Source: Euglena gracilis
Lineage: Eukaryota
NCBI GenBank assembly: GCA_039621445.1
Contig: CP154954.1
Span: 26,176,954-26,240,953 of the forward strand
Reading direction: 5' to 3'
Length of the DNA stretch: 64,000 nt
A program made the translations under genes and the position numbers. Positions within the stretch are counted from its first letter, which is position 1; every line of letters starts with the position of its first letter. Positions 37,806-51,359 of the stretch are shown here, one piece after another. A model generated the notes under the pieces. That model saw only the letters and a list, made by a program, of their open reading frames with translations. It was not told the origin of the DNA and did not search any database.

Positions 37806-40800
37806 TACTCCAGAGGAGCAACACCACAGGAGCATGATCCGAAGACGCTGCTGGACCGACAGCACGACAAATCAGGAATGTGAATGCCTGTCTGCCAGCC
37901 CTCACCAGTCTGACCCCGCCCATGGTTTTTCCTGCTCTACAAGTTTGCATTGGCAGGACAAATCATGAATGCGAATGCCTGTCTGCCACCCCTCACTAGT
38001 CTCATCAACTGCCATCATTTGGCACCAATTTCTGTGACAGTCGCCCCTATCTCAACTGCATTGTCCACCACCCCAAGAGCCCCACCTGAACAAAAAGAAA
38101 AAAACTTTTGGGGTTGGTTGTTGCTTGTGGGTACTCATTTTCATGAGGACACTAGGGGTTTCAGAGACCTCACAAGAAAATAGCACTCTTGATGCGGCTT
38201 TTCGAGGCGCGATGGTTGTGGGTACTCACAAATGTGAGGACGCTAGGGGTTTCAGAGACCCCACAATATATTTTTGCGAGCCTTTGATAAGTCCATATTT
38301 GCTTGTGGGTACTCATCTTCATGAGGAAACTTGAGGTTTCAGAGATCACACAGCACCGAAAAAAGAGGCGGGAATCCTACACCCCTGGTCACAAGTAGGG
38401 GCCCTCATTCGCATCAAACTCCAAACCAACGCCAAGATGGATCCTGTGGAGGTACAATTTTCAAGCATGTAAACCAAAAGAGCTTCATTTTGGCATTTCA
38501 GCTGGCCTTTTGGGTCTAACTTCGTTTATTAGGCCCATGGGAACAGTAAAGGGGGGGGGAGCTCGTCATAGGATGGGAACAGTTGGGGGGGGGGCATGGT
38601 ATTTTGCATTTTTAGTTTTACCTCGGATAGATTGAATTCGATCTGCAAAACAATTCACAACAGAATAATATGTCGCAAATCATCAGTCATTCACCCCTTT
38701 TTGCAAATAGCAGAAAAGAAACAGTATTGCTGTCAAACAACCTTTCTTATCCCGAAAGATGGGAAAACGTGCACATACAAATAGCAAAACAAAAAGTCGC
38801 ATCGTGCAGGGTTGAGCGCCACCACGCAGTTCCATTTCCAACCTTTTGCACCCGTCTTCCTGCACTTCCGGGAAAGATCTTGTGTCCCATCCCCCCCTCC
38901 ACGGGACCCAGCCAGCCGGTACGAAAGGAATTTTATTGACTCCCCGGATGGTGCCCCCCCCCTCCGCGGATAGTGTCCCATGGTGTCCTTGTGGTTGAGC
39001 CGGTATGGGACACCGTCGGGGGGGGGGGTGGCATGGTAATTTCAATAACTGCCCAAAAAAAATGTCAACCGCATCTAAAAATGCAAGAAAATGCAATTTT
39101 ATGGCTGTTTTTACATTTTTTTTTTATGGAAGGGAGTTTTTGGCAGAAACGACCCAGAAGTTGAAAATATGCATTCAAGAATTTGTTCATGCAAGAACCT
39201 TGTGGTTTTTTTTGGCGATGGTGGACGGAGAGTGGCGCCTTTTTCCTTCACGCTCCAAGCTTTGCAGACATTCCGCATTTTTTTTTTGCATTTTTGCGCA
39301 TTTTTTTGCGCATTTTTTTGCGCATTTTTTCCGGGGCCGGGCTAGCGCATCCCTGCATGTGCTTTCAATCCGGTGGATGGGCGTCTTCAGTCCGGTGGAT
39401 GTGCGTCTTCAGTCCGGTGGATGTGCGCCTTCAGTCCGGTGGATGTGCGTTTTCAGTCCAGTGGATGTGTGTTTTCAGTCTGGTGGCTGTGTGTTTTCAG
39501 TCCGGTGGATGTGCGTTTTCAGTCCGGTGGATGTGTGCTGTTTCAGTCTGGTGGATGTGCGTTTTCAGTCCGGTGGATGTGTATTATCAGTCTGGTGAAT
39601 GTGTGTTTTCAGTCCGGCGGATGTGCGTTATCAGTCCGATGGATGTGTGTTCTCAGTCCGGTGGATATGCATTTTCAGTCTGCAGGATGTCCGTTTTCAG
39701 TCCCGTGGCTGTGTGTTTTCAGTCCAGTGGATGTGTGTTTTCAGTCCAGTGGATGTGTGTTTTCAGTCCAGTGGATGTGTGTTTTCAGTCCTGTGGGTGT
39801 GTGTTTTCAGTCTGCCGGATGTGCGTTTTCAGTCCAGTGGATGTGTGTTTTCAGTCCGGTGGACGTGCGCTTTCAGTCCGGTTGTTGCGTGTCTTTAGTC
39901 TGGTGCATGTGTGTTTTTAGTCTGGTGGATGTGTTTTTCAGTTCGGTGGATGTGTGTTTTCAGTCCAGTTGATATGCTTTTTCAGTCCGGTGGACATTTG
40001 TTTTCAGTCCGGTGGATGTGCATTGTGTTTCAGGTTGACAGATGTGAGTTTTCAGTCCGATGAACGTGTCCACCCACCGGACTGAAAACACAAGTCCACA
40101 AGACTGAAAACACACATCCACTCAACTCAAAATCACATCCAACGGTGGATGTACATTTTCAGTGTGGTGGATCTGCGTTTTCAGTCCGGTGAATGTGTGT
40201 TTTCAGTCAGGTGTACGTATATTCCCAGGTCGCGGGACGTGCGTTTTAAGTCCGGTGAACGTACGTTTTCAGTCAGATAGATGTGTGTTTTCAGTCTGTT
40301 GGATGTGTGTTTTCATTCCGGTGCATGTGCATTTTCAGTCTGGTGGATGTGTGTTATCAGTCTTGTGGATGTGCATTTACAGGTCGGTGGATGTGTGTTT
40401 TTAGTTTTTATTCCGGTGGATGTGTGTGTTCTGTCCGGTGGATGTGTGTTTTCAGTCCGCTGGATGTGCCAGTTTTCAGTCCGGTGGGTCTGTGTTTTTA
40501 GTCCGGTGGTTGTGCACTTTCAGTCTGGTGCATGTGCGTTTTCAGTCTGGTGGATGTGCGTCTTCAGTCCGGTGGATGTGTGTTTTCAGTTTGGTGGATG
40601 TGCATTTTCAGTCCGGTGTACATGTGCGTTCGATCTGGTGGATGTGCGTTTTCAATCCACTGGATGTACATTTTCAGTCCGGTGGATGTGCGTTTTCAGT
40701 CCATGCATTTCCAGGCTGGTGCGCATGCATTTTTCAGGCCACTGGATGTGTGTTTTAAGTCTGGTGGATGTGCGGTTTAACGACGTGTTGATATATGCTT

Positions 40801-42044
40801 TTAGCCCGGTGGATGTGTGTTTTCAGTCCGCTAAATGTGCAGTTTCTGTCTAGTGGGTGTGTGTTTTCAAGTCGGTGGTTGTGCACTTTCAGTCTGGTGG
40901 ATGTGTGTTTTCAGCCAGGTGGATGTTCACTTTCAGTCAAGTGGACGTGCATCAGTCCGGTGAATGTGCTTTATCTGTCCGGTGGACATGTGCTTTCAAT
41001 CTGGTGGATGTGTGTTTTCAGTCCGGTTTATGCGCGTTTTCAGTCTGGTGGATGCGCACATTCAGTCCGGTGGATGTGCATTTTCAGACGGTTGGGCGTG
41101 CTTTCCGGGTTGAATGGATGTGCATTTTCAGTCTTGAGGATGTGCGTTTTCAGTCCGGTGGACATGTGCTTTCAATCCGGTGGATGTGCATTCTCAGTCT
41201 GGTTGTGTTCAGGTTGACGGGTGTCTTTCAGTCGGGTGGATGTGTGTTTTCAGTCCGGTGGATGTGCATTTTCAGTCCGGTGGATGTGTGTTTTTAGGTC
41301 GGTGGAGTGTATTTTGATATGGAGGATACGCGTTTTCAGTCCGGTAAACATACGTTTTCAGTCCGGTGGTCATGCGTCTTCAGTCCGATGGATATATGTT
41401 TTTAGTCTGGTGGATGTGTGTTTTCAGTCAGGTGGGTGAGTGTTTTCAGTCCGGTGGACGTACATTTTCAGTCCAGTTAATGTTCATTTTCAGTCCGGTG
41501 GATGTGAATTTTCACTCCATTGAACATGCGCTTTCAGACTGGTGGATGTGCATTTTAATTCTAGTTGATGTGGGTTTTCAGTCTTGTGGATATGCGTTTT
41601 CAGTCCGGTGGAAGAGTGTTTTCTGTCCGGTGGATGTGGTTTTTCAGTCTGGTGGATGTGCATTTTCAGACCGGGTGTCATTTTTCGCCCGAAGTCCTGG
41701 CCCAAGGGACGGTGTTATTTGGAGGGTTGTACTCCTGAAATCTTTTGAAGTCGAAAAAGGAGGGCCAAAAGTGAGCTATGTGGCGTGAGGAATGGTTGAA
41801 CACCTCTTGTGCATTTTCCCAAAAGAAAGTTTTGTCAAAGGTTGCGGGAATGAAGGGGAGGGGACGACTTGCATTGGTTTTTGCACATTTGACAGCAACA
41901 CGTTCGGAGTTCTTGGAGAGCCTTGCTCTTGTGTTGCCGTGGAGAGCTTGCGAAGTCGGACCCTCAGGGGGAGCATCATTTGAGGGGAGGGTTTAAATGG
42001 GCAGGAGGGGGAATTTGCCCTGTTTACACAAATGAATTTTGTGA

Positions 42045-42319
42045 GGCAGCCCGAAATTACTGGCCCCCCCCGGGGGGCCCAGTAGTTAATCCGGGGGGGG
42101 TCAGAATAGTTTTTTTGCGTTAATGATGGAATAGGGTTAGGTGCGCGACTTAGGCTTAGGGTTAGGCCTAATTAATAGACGGGTGTTCGGTGTGCAAGTT
42201 AGGCCTAACCCTAAGCCTAAGTCGCGCACCTAACCCTATTCCATCACTTACGCAAAAAAATTGACCCCCCGGATTAATTACTGCCCCCCCCCCCCCGGGA
42301 GGGCTAGTTTCGGGCTGCC
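42045..42319. mobile_element. Foldback MITE with TTAGGG-like internal motifs, 8-bp TSD
   Basis: Nearly the whole element is an inverted repeat (GGCAGCCCGAAA...TTTCGGGCTGCC) around a ~25-nt loop; TSD ttttgtga at 42037-44 and 42320-27. Confidence 0.85.
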
Positions 42320-45300
42320 TTTTGTGATTTCTGGTCAGCAATGCTTGGAAAGTCTCGGCTTGAGTGGGTGGATTCTGTTCAAGGCAAATCTTTCTTTATA
42401 ATTGAAATTTTGCAAAGCGGTTTCTGGAGTGTGGAGGTGGCAAATTTAAGCCTGGAGGCTGGATGAAATTGTTCGCTTTTTTGACAGCCCAGAAAAGATG
42501 ATAATTTTGGTTGGTTTTGAGCGACTTCCCAAAAACAACAACGTGAAACCCTGCGGCAATTCATGTTTCTATCGGACTGAAAACACACATCCAGTGGACT
42601 GATAACGCATATCCACCAGACTAAAAACGCACATCCACCGGAGTGAAAACACACAGCCACCGGATTGAAAACGCACATCCACCGCACTGCAAACCCACAT
42701 CCACCGGACTTAAACCGTGCGCCCACCGGACTGAAAACGTACATCCACCGGACTGAAAACACATATCCACCGGACTGAAGAGGCACATCCACCGGACTGA
42801 AAACGAACAATCACCGGACTGAACATATATCCACCAGACTGAAAATGCACATCCACTGGACTGAAAACACACATGCCGGACTAAAAACATACATCCACCG
42901 GACTGAAAACGCACATCCAGTGGACTGAAATCACACATCCATCGGACAGAAAACACACATCCACCGTACTGAAAGTACACCACCCATTTTGCTGAAAAGG
43001 CACATCCACCGCACTGCAAACCCACATCCACCGGACTTAAAACGTATGCCCACCGGACTGAAAACTTACATCCACCGGACTGAAAACGCACATCCACCTG
43101 ACTCAAAACGCATACTCAGTGGACTGATATCACACATCCATCGGACAGAAAAAACACATCCACCGTACTGAAAGCGCACATCCACTGGACTGAAAACGAA
43201 CCTCCACCGGACTGAAAACACACATCCACCGGACTGGAAGGCACACCCACCGGACAGAAAACGCACGTTCGCTGCACTCATACTGCACATCCACCGGACT
43301 GAAAACCCACCTCACCAGATTGATAACGCATATCCAGCAGACTGAAAACACCCATCCACCTCACTGAAAACACACATCCACCGGACTGAAAATGCACATC
43401 CACCTGACTGAAAACACACCTTTCCACCGGACTGAGAACACACACCAGTGGACTGATAACACGTATCCACCAGACTAAAAGGGAAACATCCACCGTACTA
43501 AAGACGCACGCCCAGAGGAGTGAATACACATATCCACCAGAATGAAAACACACGTCCACCTGACAGAAAATGTACATCCACAGCACTGAAAACACACATC
43601 AACCGGACTGAAAACACACGTTCACCTCAATGAAAACGCACATCCATTGGACTGAAGAGACACATTCTGTCAATTGAATGAGCACATCCACCGCACTGAA
43701 CACACATCCACCGGACTGAGAACGCACATCCAATGGCCCGAAAACCCACATCCACCGGACTGAAAGTGCTCATCCACCAGACTGAAAGAGCACATCCACC
43801 GGACTGAAAACACACATTCATCGGACTGGAAATGCACATCCACCGGACTGAAAACGCACGTCCACCTCAAAACATACACCCACCGGATTGAAGACCAGAC
43901 TGATAATGTACATCCACCGGACTGAAAACACACATTCACCAGACTGAAGACTCACATCCACCGGACAGAAACACACATCCACCGGACTGAAAACACACAA
44001 CCATCGTACTGAAAATGCACACCCACCGGACTGAAAACGCACATCCACCGGAAAACAGACGCACACACACGTCAACCGGACTCAGAATGCACATCCACCC
44101 ACCTGAAAACGCACATCCATTGGACTGAAAACACACATCCACCAGACTGAAAATGCACATCCACCGGACAGAAACGAACATCCACCGGACTCAAAATGCA
44201 CATCCACTGGACTGAAAATGCACATCCACCGGACTGAAAACGTACATCCACCGGACTGAACACACACATTCACCCACCTGAAAACACACGTCCATCGGAC
44301 TGAAAACGCACATCCACCGGATTGAAAGCACACGTCCACCGGACTGCATATGCACACACACATATGCATATGCACACGTCCACCGGACTGAGAATGCAAA
44401 TCCACCGGACTGAAAATGCACATCCGCCAGACTGGAAAGGCACGTGCACTGGACTGAAAACACATATCCACCAGACTGAAAATGCACATCCGCCCACCTG
44501 AAAATGCTCATCCACCGGACTGAAAGCACACATCCGGACTGAAACCGTACATCCACCGGATTGAGAACACACGTCCACCGGATTGAAGACGCACCCACAC
44601 GTCCACCGGACTAAAATGTACATCGACCCACCTGAAAATGCAAATCCACCGGACTGAAAATGCACAACCACCGGACTGGAAACGCACGTGCACTGGACAG
44701 AAAACACACATCCACCCGACTGAAAACGCACATCTACCTGACTGAAAATGCTCGTCCACCGGACTGAAAGCACACATCTGGACTGAAAACACACATACAC
44801 CGCACTGAAAATGAACAGCCACCATAATGGAAACGTACATCCACCGAACTGAATATGCACATCTACCTGACTGAAAACACACATCCACCGGACTGATAAC
44901 GCACATCCACCGGACTGAGAAAACATGTTTACCTCACTGAAAACGCACATCCACGTGCATTTTCAGTCCGTTAGATGTACACTTTCAATCCATTGGATGT
45001 GTGTTCAGTTAGGTGGATGTGTGTTTTCAGTTGAGTGCACGTGTGTTTTCAGTCCGGTGGAGTGTGCTTTCAGTGAGGTGGAAGTGTGTTTTTCAGTGAG
45101 GTGGGTATCCACCGGACTGAAAACTCGTATCCACCGACCTGAAAACGGACGTCCACCGGACTAAAGACGCACGTCCACAGGAATGAAAATGTACATCCAC
45201 TTACCTGAAAACTCGCATCCACCGACCTGAAATCGCACATCCACCGGACTGAAGACGCACATCCACTGGACTAAAAACGCACATCCTCCCACCTGAAAAG

Positions 45301-47529
45301 ACACATTTTCCGAACTGAAAACGCACATCCACCGGATTGACGATGCATACACCAAGCTGAGACTGTACATCCACGGGACTTAAAATATACGTCCACCGTG
45401 CTGAACTCCCACATCCACCGGACTGAAAAAGCACATGCACGCACTGAAGACGCACATCCACGGGACTGGAAGCGGATATCCATGAAACTGAAAACACACA
45501 TCCACCGGACTGAAAAAAAGCACATCTACCGGACTGAAAGCACAGATCCCCCCACATCTTCGCCCACCCGAAAACCCACATCACTCAGATGTGGGTTTTC
45601 AGGACCTGCAACTGCTTATCCACCAGACTGAAAACACACATCAGCCAGACTGAAAATGAACATCCACAGCGTCAAACTGCACATCCACCGGACTGAAAAC
45701 GCACATCCACCGACCCGAAAACACACATCCACCGGACTGAAACCGCACGTCCACCGACCTTAAAACACACATCAGCCAGACTAAAAACGTACATCCGCCA
45801 GGCTGAATATGCACATCCACCGGACTGAGAATACGTATCCGCCAAGCTGAAAAAGCACATATCTCGGAATTAACACACATCATTGAAGACACACATCCAC
45901 CAGATTGATAACGCACATCCACCAGACTGAGAACACACATCCACCAGACTGACAACGCACATCCACCGGACTGAAAACACACATCCACCGGACAGAAAAC
46001 ACACATCCACCGGACTGAAAACACACATCCACCAGACTGAAAACGCATATCCACCGGACAGAAGATGCACATCCACCAGACTGAAACACACATCCACCGG
46101 ACTGGGAACACACATCCACCAGACCGAATCCACCGGACTGAAAACTGGCACATCCACTGGACTGAAAACACACATCCGTCTACCTGAAAAGGTACGTTTA
46201 CCGAGCTGCTAGTGCACGTCCACCCTCCTGCACTGGTTTGCAAAAGTACATCCAGCAGCCTGGAAACACACATCCACTGGACTGAAATGCACATCCACCG
46301 GACTGAAGCCGCATATCCACCCACCTGAAAAAGCTCATCTAGCGGACTGAAAGCGCACATTCACCAGACTGAAAACGCACGTCCACTGGACTGAAGTCAC
46401 ACACGCACATCAACCAGACTGAAATCACACATCCACCCCCGTAGAAATGCACATCTAGCGGACTAAACACACATCCACCGGACTGAAAACACATATCCGC
46501 CAGACTGAAGACACACGTCCACCGTGCTGTAGGCGTTCACGCACATCAACTGGACTGAAATCCCACATCCACACACCTGAATATGCACATACAGCCACTT
46601 GAAAATACACATCCACCGGACTGAAAACTCGTATCCACCGACCTGAAAACGGACGTCCACTGGACTGAAGACGCACCTCCACAGGACTGAAAATGCACAT
46701 CCATTGACCTGAAAACGGACATCCACTAAAATACACATGCCAGCAAATGCAAATCCACCGCACTGAACATGCACATCCAGCAGCCTGATAACGCACATAC
46801 ACCAGACTGATCACCTTCATCCATCGAAGTGCAACAGTTTGCAAAAGCACATGCACCGGCATAAAAAAGCATATCCACCGGACTGAAAACGCACATCCAT
46901 ACTTAAAAACATACGTCGTGCACATGCACCAAAGTGCACCAGCCTGCAACGCCCATTCGCCGTCATCACCTCCCCTCCTTGTCCAGTGACCTTGCATGTC
47001 CAACAACCCCCCCCCCCCCAGTCAGAAGCGGTCCTTTTGTATCTGATGTTGGTCCCATGAGTATGGGAAGAGTTGTGCGATTAGTTTCGCTTTTTTTTAC
47101 GGTTATTTTTTTTGCAACTTGCTAGGATTGACCACCACAAAGAAGTAAAAGACCAGTGGCCCTCTCAAAAATGACTACAACTTACCAAAATGGTGTGCAA
47201 AAGACGAAAATTCGTCGAAGTCGGCGAAAACTCGGCCGACCTTTTTTGGCCACTTTTGGCCACCTTTGGGTATTTTTTTTTGGCCACGTTTGGTCACTTT
47301 TGGACACTTTTGGTCACCTTTGGCCATTTTTGGACAGTTTTTGTCCCCTGTTGACCTTTTTTTTTGCCACTGTTGGTCATTTTTGGCCTTTTGACCATTT
47401 TGGTTCACTCTTGGTAAAAGTGGTCAAAAGTGGCCAAAAACACTTAAAAGTGGCCAATGACATAACAAAAATATTGACCATATGGGGATATATGAATATT
47501 TTTGGCTGTTTTTTTTGGCAATTTTGTTT

Positions 47530-47678
47530 TATATATATAGATATATATAGATATATATATATATATATATATATATCTATATATATATATATATATATAT
47601 ATATAGATATATATATATATATATATCTATATATCTCTATATATATCTATCTATCTATATATATATATATATATATAA
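47530..47678. repeat. (TA)n microsatellite
   Basis: Read directly. Confidence 0.95.
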
Positions 47679-47881
47679 CTTATAATTTTATTTAATATGT
47701 TATTGGCTTTTAAGCGTTTTTGGCCACTTTTGGCCTTCCTTTTTGCCAAGAGTTAACCAAAATGGTGAAAAGGCCAAAAATGGTCAACAGTGGCAAAAAT
47801 CTCCCCTTTGTCGAACAACCCCCCGGAGACGAACATTGGCTATTTTAGCCCGCTCTCCGCCCCAGTCGGAGATGAACATTA

Positions 47882-48526
47882 CCTCCACCCCCCTTGTCCA
47901 ACGACCGGCCTTGTCCAACGACCACCCCCCCCCCCCGGCAGTAGCGATCTTTTTCCAGGTGATTTTTTTTCCAGACGTTCGCGTTCTTACCTCCAGCCTT
48001 TTCTTACAACTTTCATGGCAGATTTTGTACCTGGTCAACAAGTTTTTTTTTTTTGCCTGGTTTCCTGCAAATTGGCAACTTTTGGCCTTTTTTGGCCATG
48101 TTTTGGCCATCTTGGGCCACTTTTGGCCACTTTTGGCCACTCTGGGCTGCATTTGGCAAATTAGGCCACTTTTGGATGCTATGAATGCATTTTTTGCTTC
48201 ATTTATGCCAATTTTTGGCTGCTTCTGGCTATTTTTTCACATTTCACATGCATGTGCCAATTCTGGGACTGATTTAAGCCACTTTTTCCCCATTTTGGAC
48301 GCTTTTATTATTTAATATTTATAATATCATCACTTTTTACCCCATTTTGACCACTTTTGGCCATTTTGTGACCATTTTGTGACCATTTTGTGCACGCGGG
48401 AGAAAATTTTTTGACGCCGGTCTTGTCTAACGACCCCCCGTCAGTAGCGATATTTGGCCAAAATAACGACCACCCCCCCGGTCAGTAGCGATATTTAGTG
48501 GTCGTTGGACAAGGGGGGGGGGGAGG
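47882..48526. mobile_element. TA-flanked MITE; short internal-deletion relative at 10496-10686
   Basis: TA|CCTCC..CTTGTCCAACGACC ... GGTCGTTGGACAAGG..GGAGG|TA; the same ends and cagtagcgatattt motif occur at 10496-10686. Confidence 0.75.
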
Positions 48527-49374
48527 TAGTGGTCGTTCGACAAGAGGGGAAGTTAAAATTCACATCCATTGGACTCAATATGCACATCCACCAGGCTGAA
48601 AATGGACATCCACCTGGCAACACCCCCCCCAAAAACAGTCTGAAGAATCACACCAAAGAACTTGAAATGCATATCCACCCCGAAAACACACTTTCATCGG
48701 TGTAAAAACGCACATCCACCGGCCTGAAAACGCACATCCATTGGACTGAAAAGCACATCCACCAGCCTGAAAACACAAATGTGTCAGAAAGCACACCCAC
48801 CCGCCTGATACTTGTCCATCACAGACCTGAAAACGCAGACTGAAAACACACATCCCACAGAATTGAAACACACATCTACCCAATGGAATACGCACATCCA
48901 CTGGACTGATATCGCGCATCCACTGCGGACTGAAATTTCACATCCACCACCCTGAATACGCACAAGCACCGGCCTTGAATTCACACATCCACTGGACTGA
49001 AAACACACACCCACTGGCCTGAAAACGCAAATCCACCAGCATGAAAACACACATCCAGTGGACTGGAAATGCACACAACAACTTGACTGGAAACACATAT
49101 CCACCGACCCGATCACAGGCATTCACCTGTCTGAAAGAAAAAACACATTTGGCACAGAATACACACCTCCACCGGCCTGAAAATGCAGCCAGAAACGCAG
49201 ATGCATTAGACCGGCACCGGGGGGGGGGGGGTTAAAAATCCCTTGTTTTAACCCCCAACTTCTCCCCAAGAAGAAAAAATTTGGCATTTTTTGTGATTTT
49301 TTTTTTCAGTCCTCTCCATTGGAAAAGTGAGCATCCCGGGGGAGCTACTGAAGGATTTTACATGCAATTTGTGT

Positions 49375-49378
49375 TTTT

Positions 49379-49415
<37 letters not shown>

Positions 49416-49429
49416 TTTTGTTTTTTTTT

Positions 49430-49466
<37 letters not shown>

Positions 49467-49512
49467 TTTTTTTTTTTGCTTTTTTTTTTTTGCGTTTTTT
49501 TGCGTTTTTTTT
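49375..49512 (+). repeat. Poly-T tract
   Basis: Read directly. Confidence 0.95.
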
Positions 49513-50467
49513 GTGTCGCGTTTTTGAGGGTCCATATTGCGTCCCCTCCTGCTGGCATTTTCAGCGCTCATCCAACGGATGGAAAATGCACATCCACCGG
49601 ACTGAAAGCACACACACCCCCCCCCCCCCATTTAGAACGACCCCCCTCTGATAACGACCCCCCCCCCCAATTATACCGACCCATTCGAAGAATTCCACCA
49701 GTTTGAGAAATATAACGACCCATGTCGGGAAGCTGCAAGCAAAGCGCGGAAAGATACATGAGCGTTCGTGCTCGGACGGGTTATTTGAAGTGGGAGCGGA
49801 TAGACCGCTGCTTAGAGGGTGTGGGGAGTGTGGGGAGAGGAGACATGGCTGTAAGGGACACAGAAAACTTCAGACACAAGGTCTCAATACCCCGACTTTG
49901 GATAACCCCCCCCCCATTTTTAACGACCCCCCATTTATAACGACCCCCTTTGGATTTTCCACCAACTCAAAAATCGGATAACGACGGGTCGTTATAAATG
50001 GGGGGGGTTTAGACTGACCACTCATTTAAAACACTCATCCACCAGACTGAAAGCACACCTGAAAACGTACATCCACCGTACTGGAAACACACATCCATTA
50101 GTGTGAAAAAGCATTCACTTGAAAACGCACGTCCCCTGGACTGATAACGCACATCCACCAACCAGAAAACGCATACACATTAGAATGACCATTCGTTTAA
50201 AACGCTCACCCACTCACCTGAAAACACACATCCACTGGACTGGTAACACAAATCTGTTGGCCTGATAATGCACATCCACCGGACCGAAAGTGCACATCCA
50301 CGGGCTGAGAACGCACATTTTCCAGACTGAAAACGAACATACACCGGCCTGAAAATCAACAACGCAGAATCACTGTACTGAAAACGCACATCCACCAGAC
50401 TGAAAACGCCATGCACTGCACTGAAAACGAACGTGCACTGGACCGAAAACACACATCCACTGGCCTG

Positions 50468-50773
<306 letters not shown>

Positions 50774-51359
50774 CTGGACTGAAAGCGAACGTGCACCACT
50801 GAAAACACACATCCACCCACCTGAAAACGCATCCACCGACCTGAAAATGCACACCAATCTGACAATGCATTGAAAAAGCTCATGTACCAGACTGACAACA
50901 CACATCCATCAGACTGAAATGAGATATTTTTGCTCTTCATATCACAGTGCTTTCAAACTGAACAACGTACAAATCAGCTGAAAGAATTCATTTTGTGTAA
51001 GAAGCGGACTGTTTTGTTCAGTCATGTTGTTTTCTCCTCCCTCATCTGACCACACCACTCATTGGCTCCTACTATCTTTTTGCTGAATACCCCACCCTCC
51101 TGGTCCTTGCAACTAATGGGTTTTTGGTAATGTGCTTGCTCACAAATGTATTCAAGTTGTTGCTGCGAGCGTTTGGCTGCCATCTTCATGATGGCATGAA
51201 GATGAATGAATCCGCTTTGACCATCAAAGGCCAAACAAGTTATACACCTTTCTGGAATCAACAGGTCTAACAAGCACTGTTTCTGTTGCAGCCGCTTCCA
51301 TCCTCTAACGTTGTTGTTCATTTTCATTTGTGCTTGCATTCTGTTCCGTTCTCTGCCAG

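Larger units (their letters stand above)
35084..39355 (+). mobile_element. Decayed hAT-superfamily DNA transposon inserted in the satellite
   Basis: Termini CAG(G)nATGCG...CGCATCCCTG; duplicated flank catgtgc (35077-83 / 39356-62) splits one satellite monomer; ttttgcgcatttt subterminal repeats at both ends; contains a transposase relic and nested MITEs. Confidence 0.75.
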
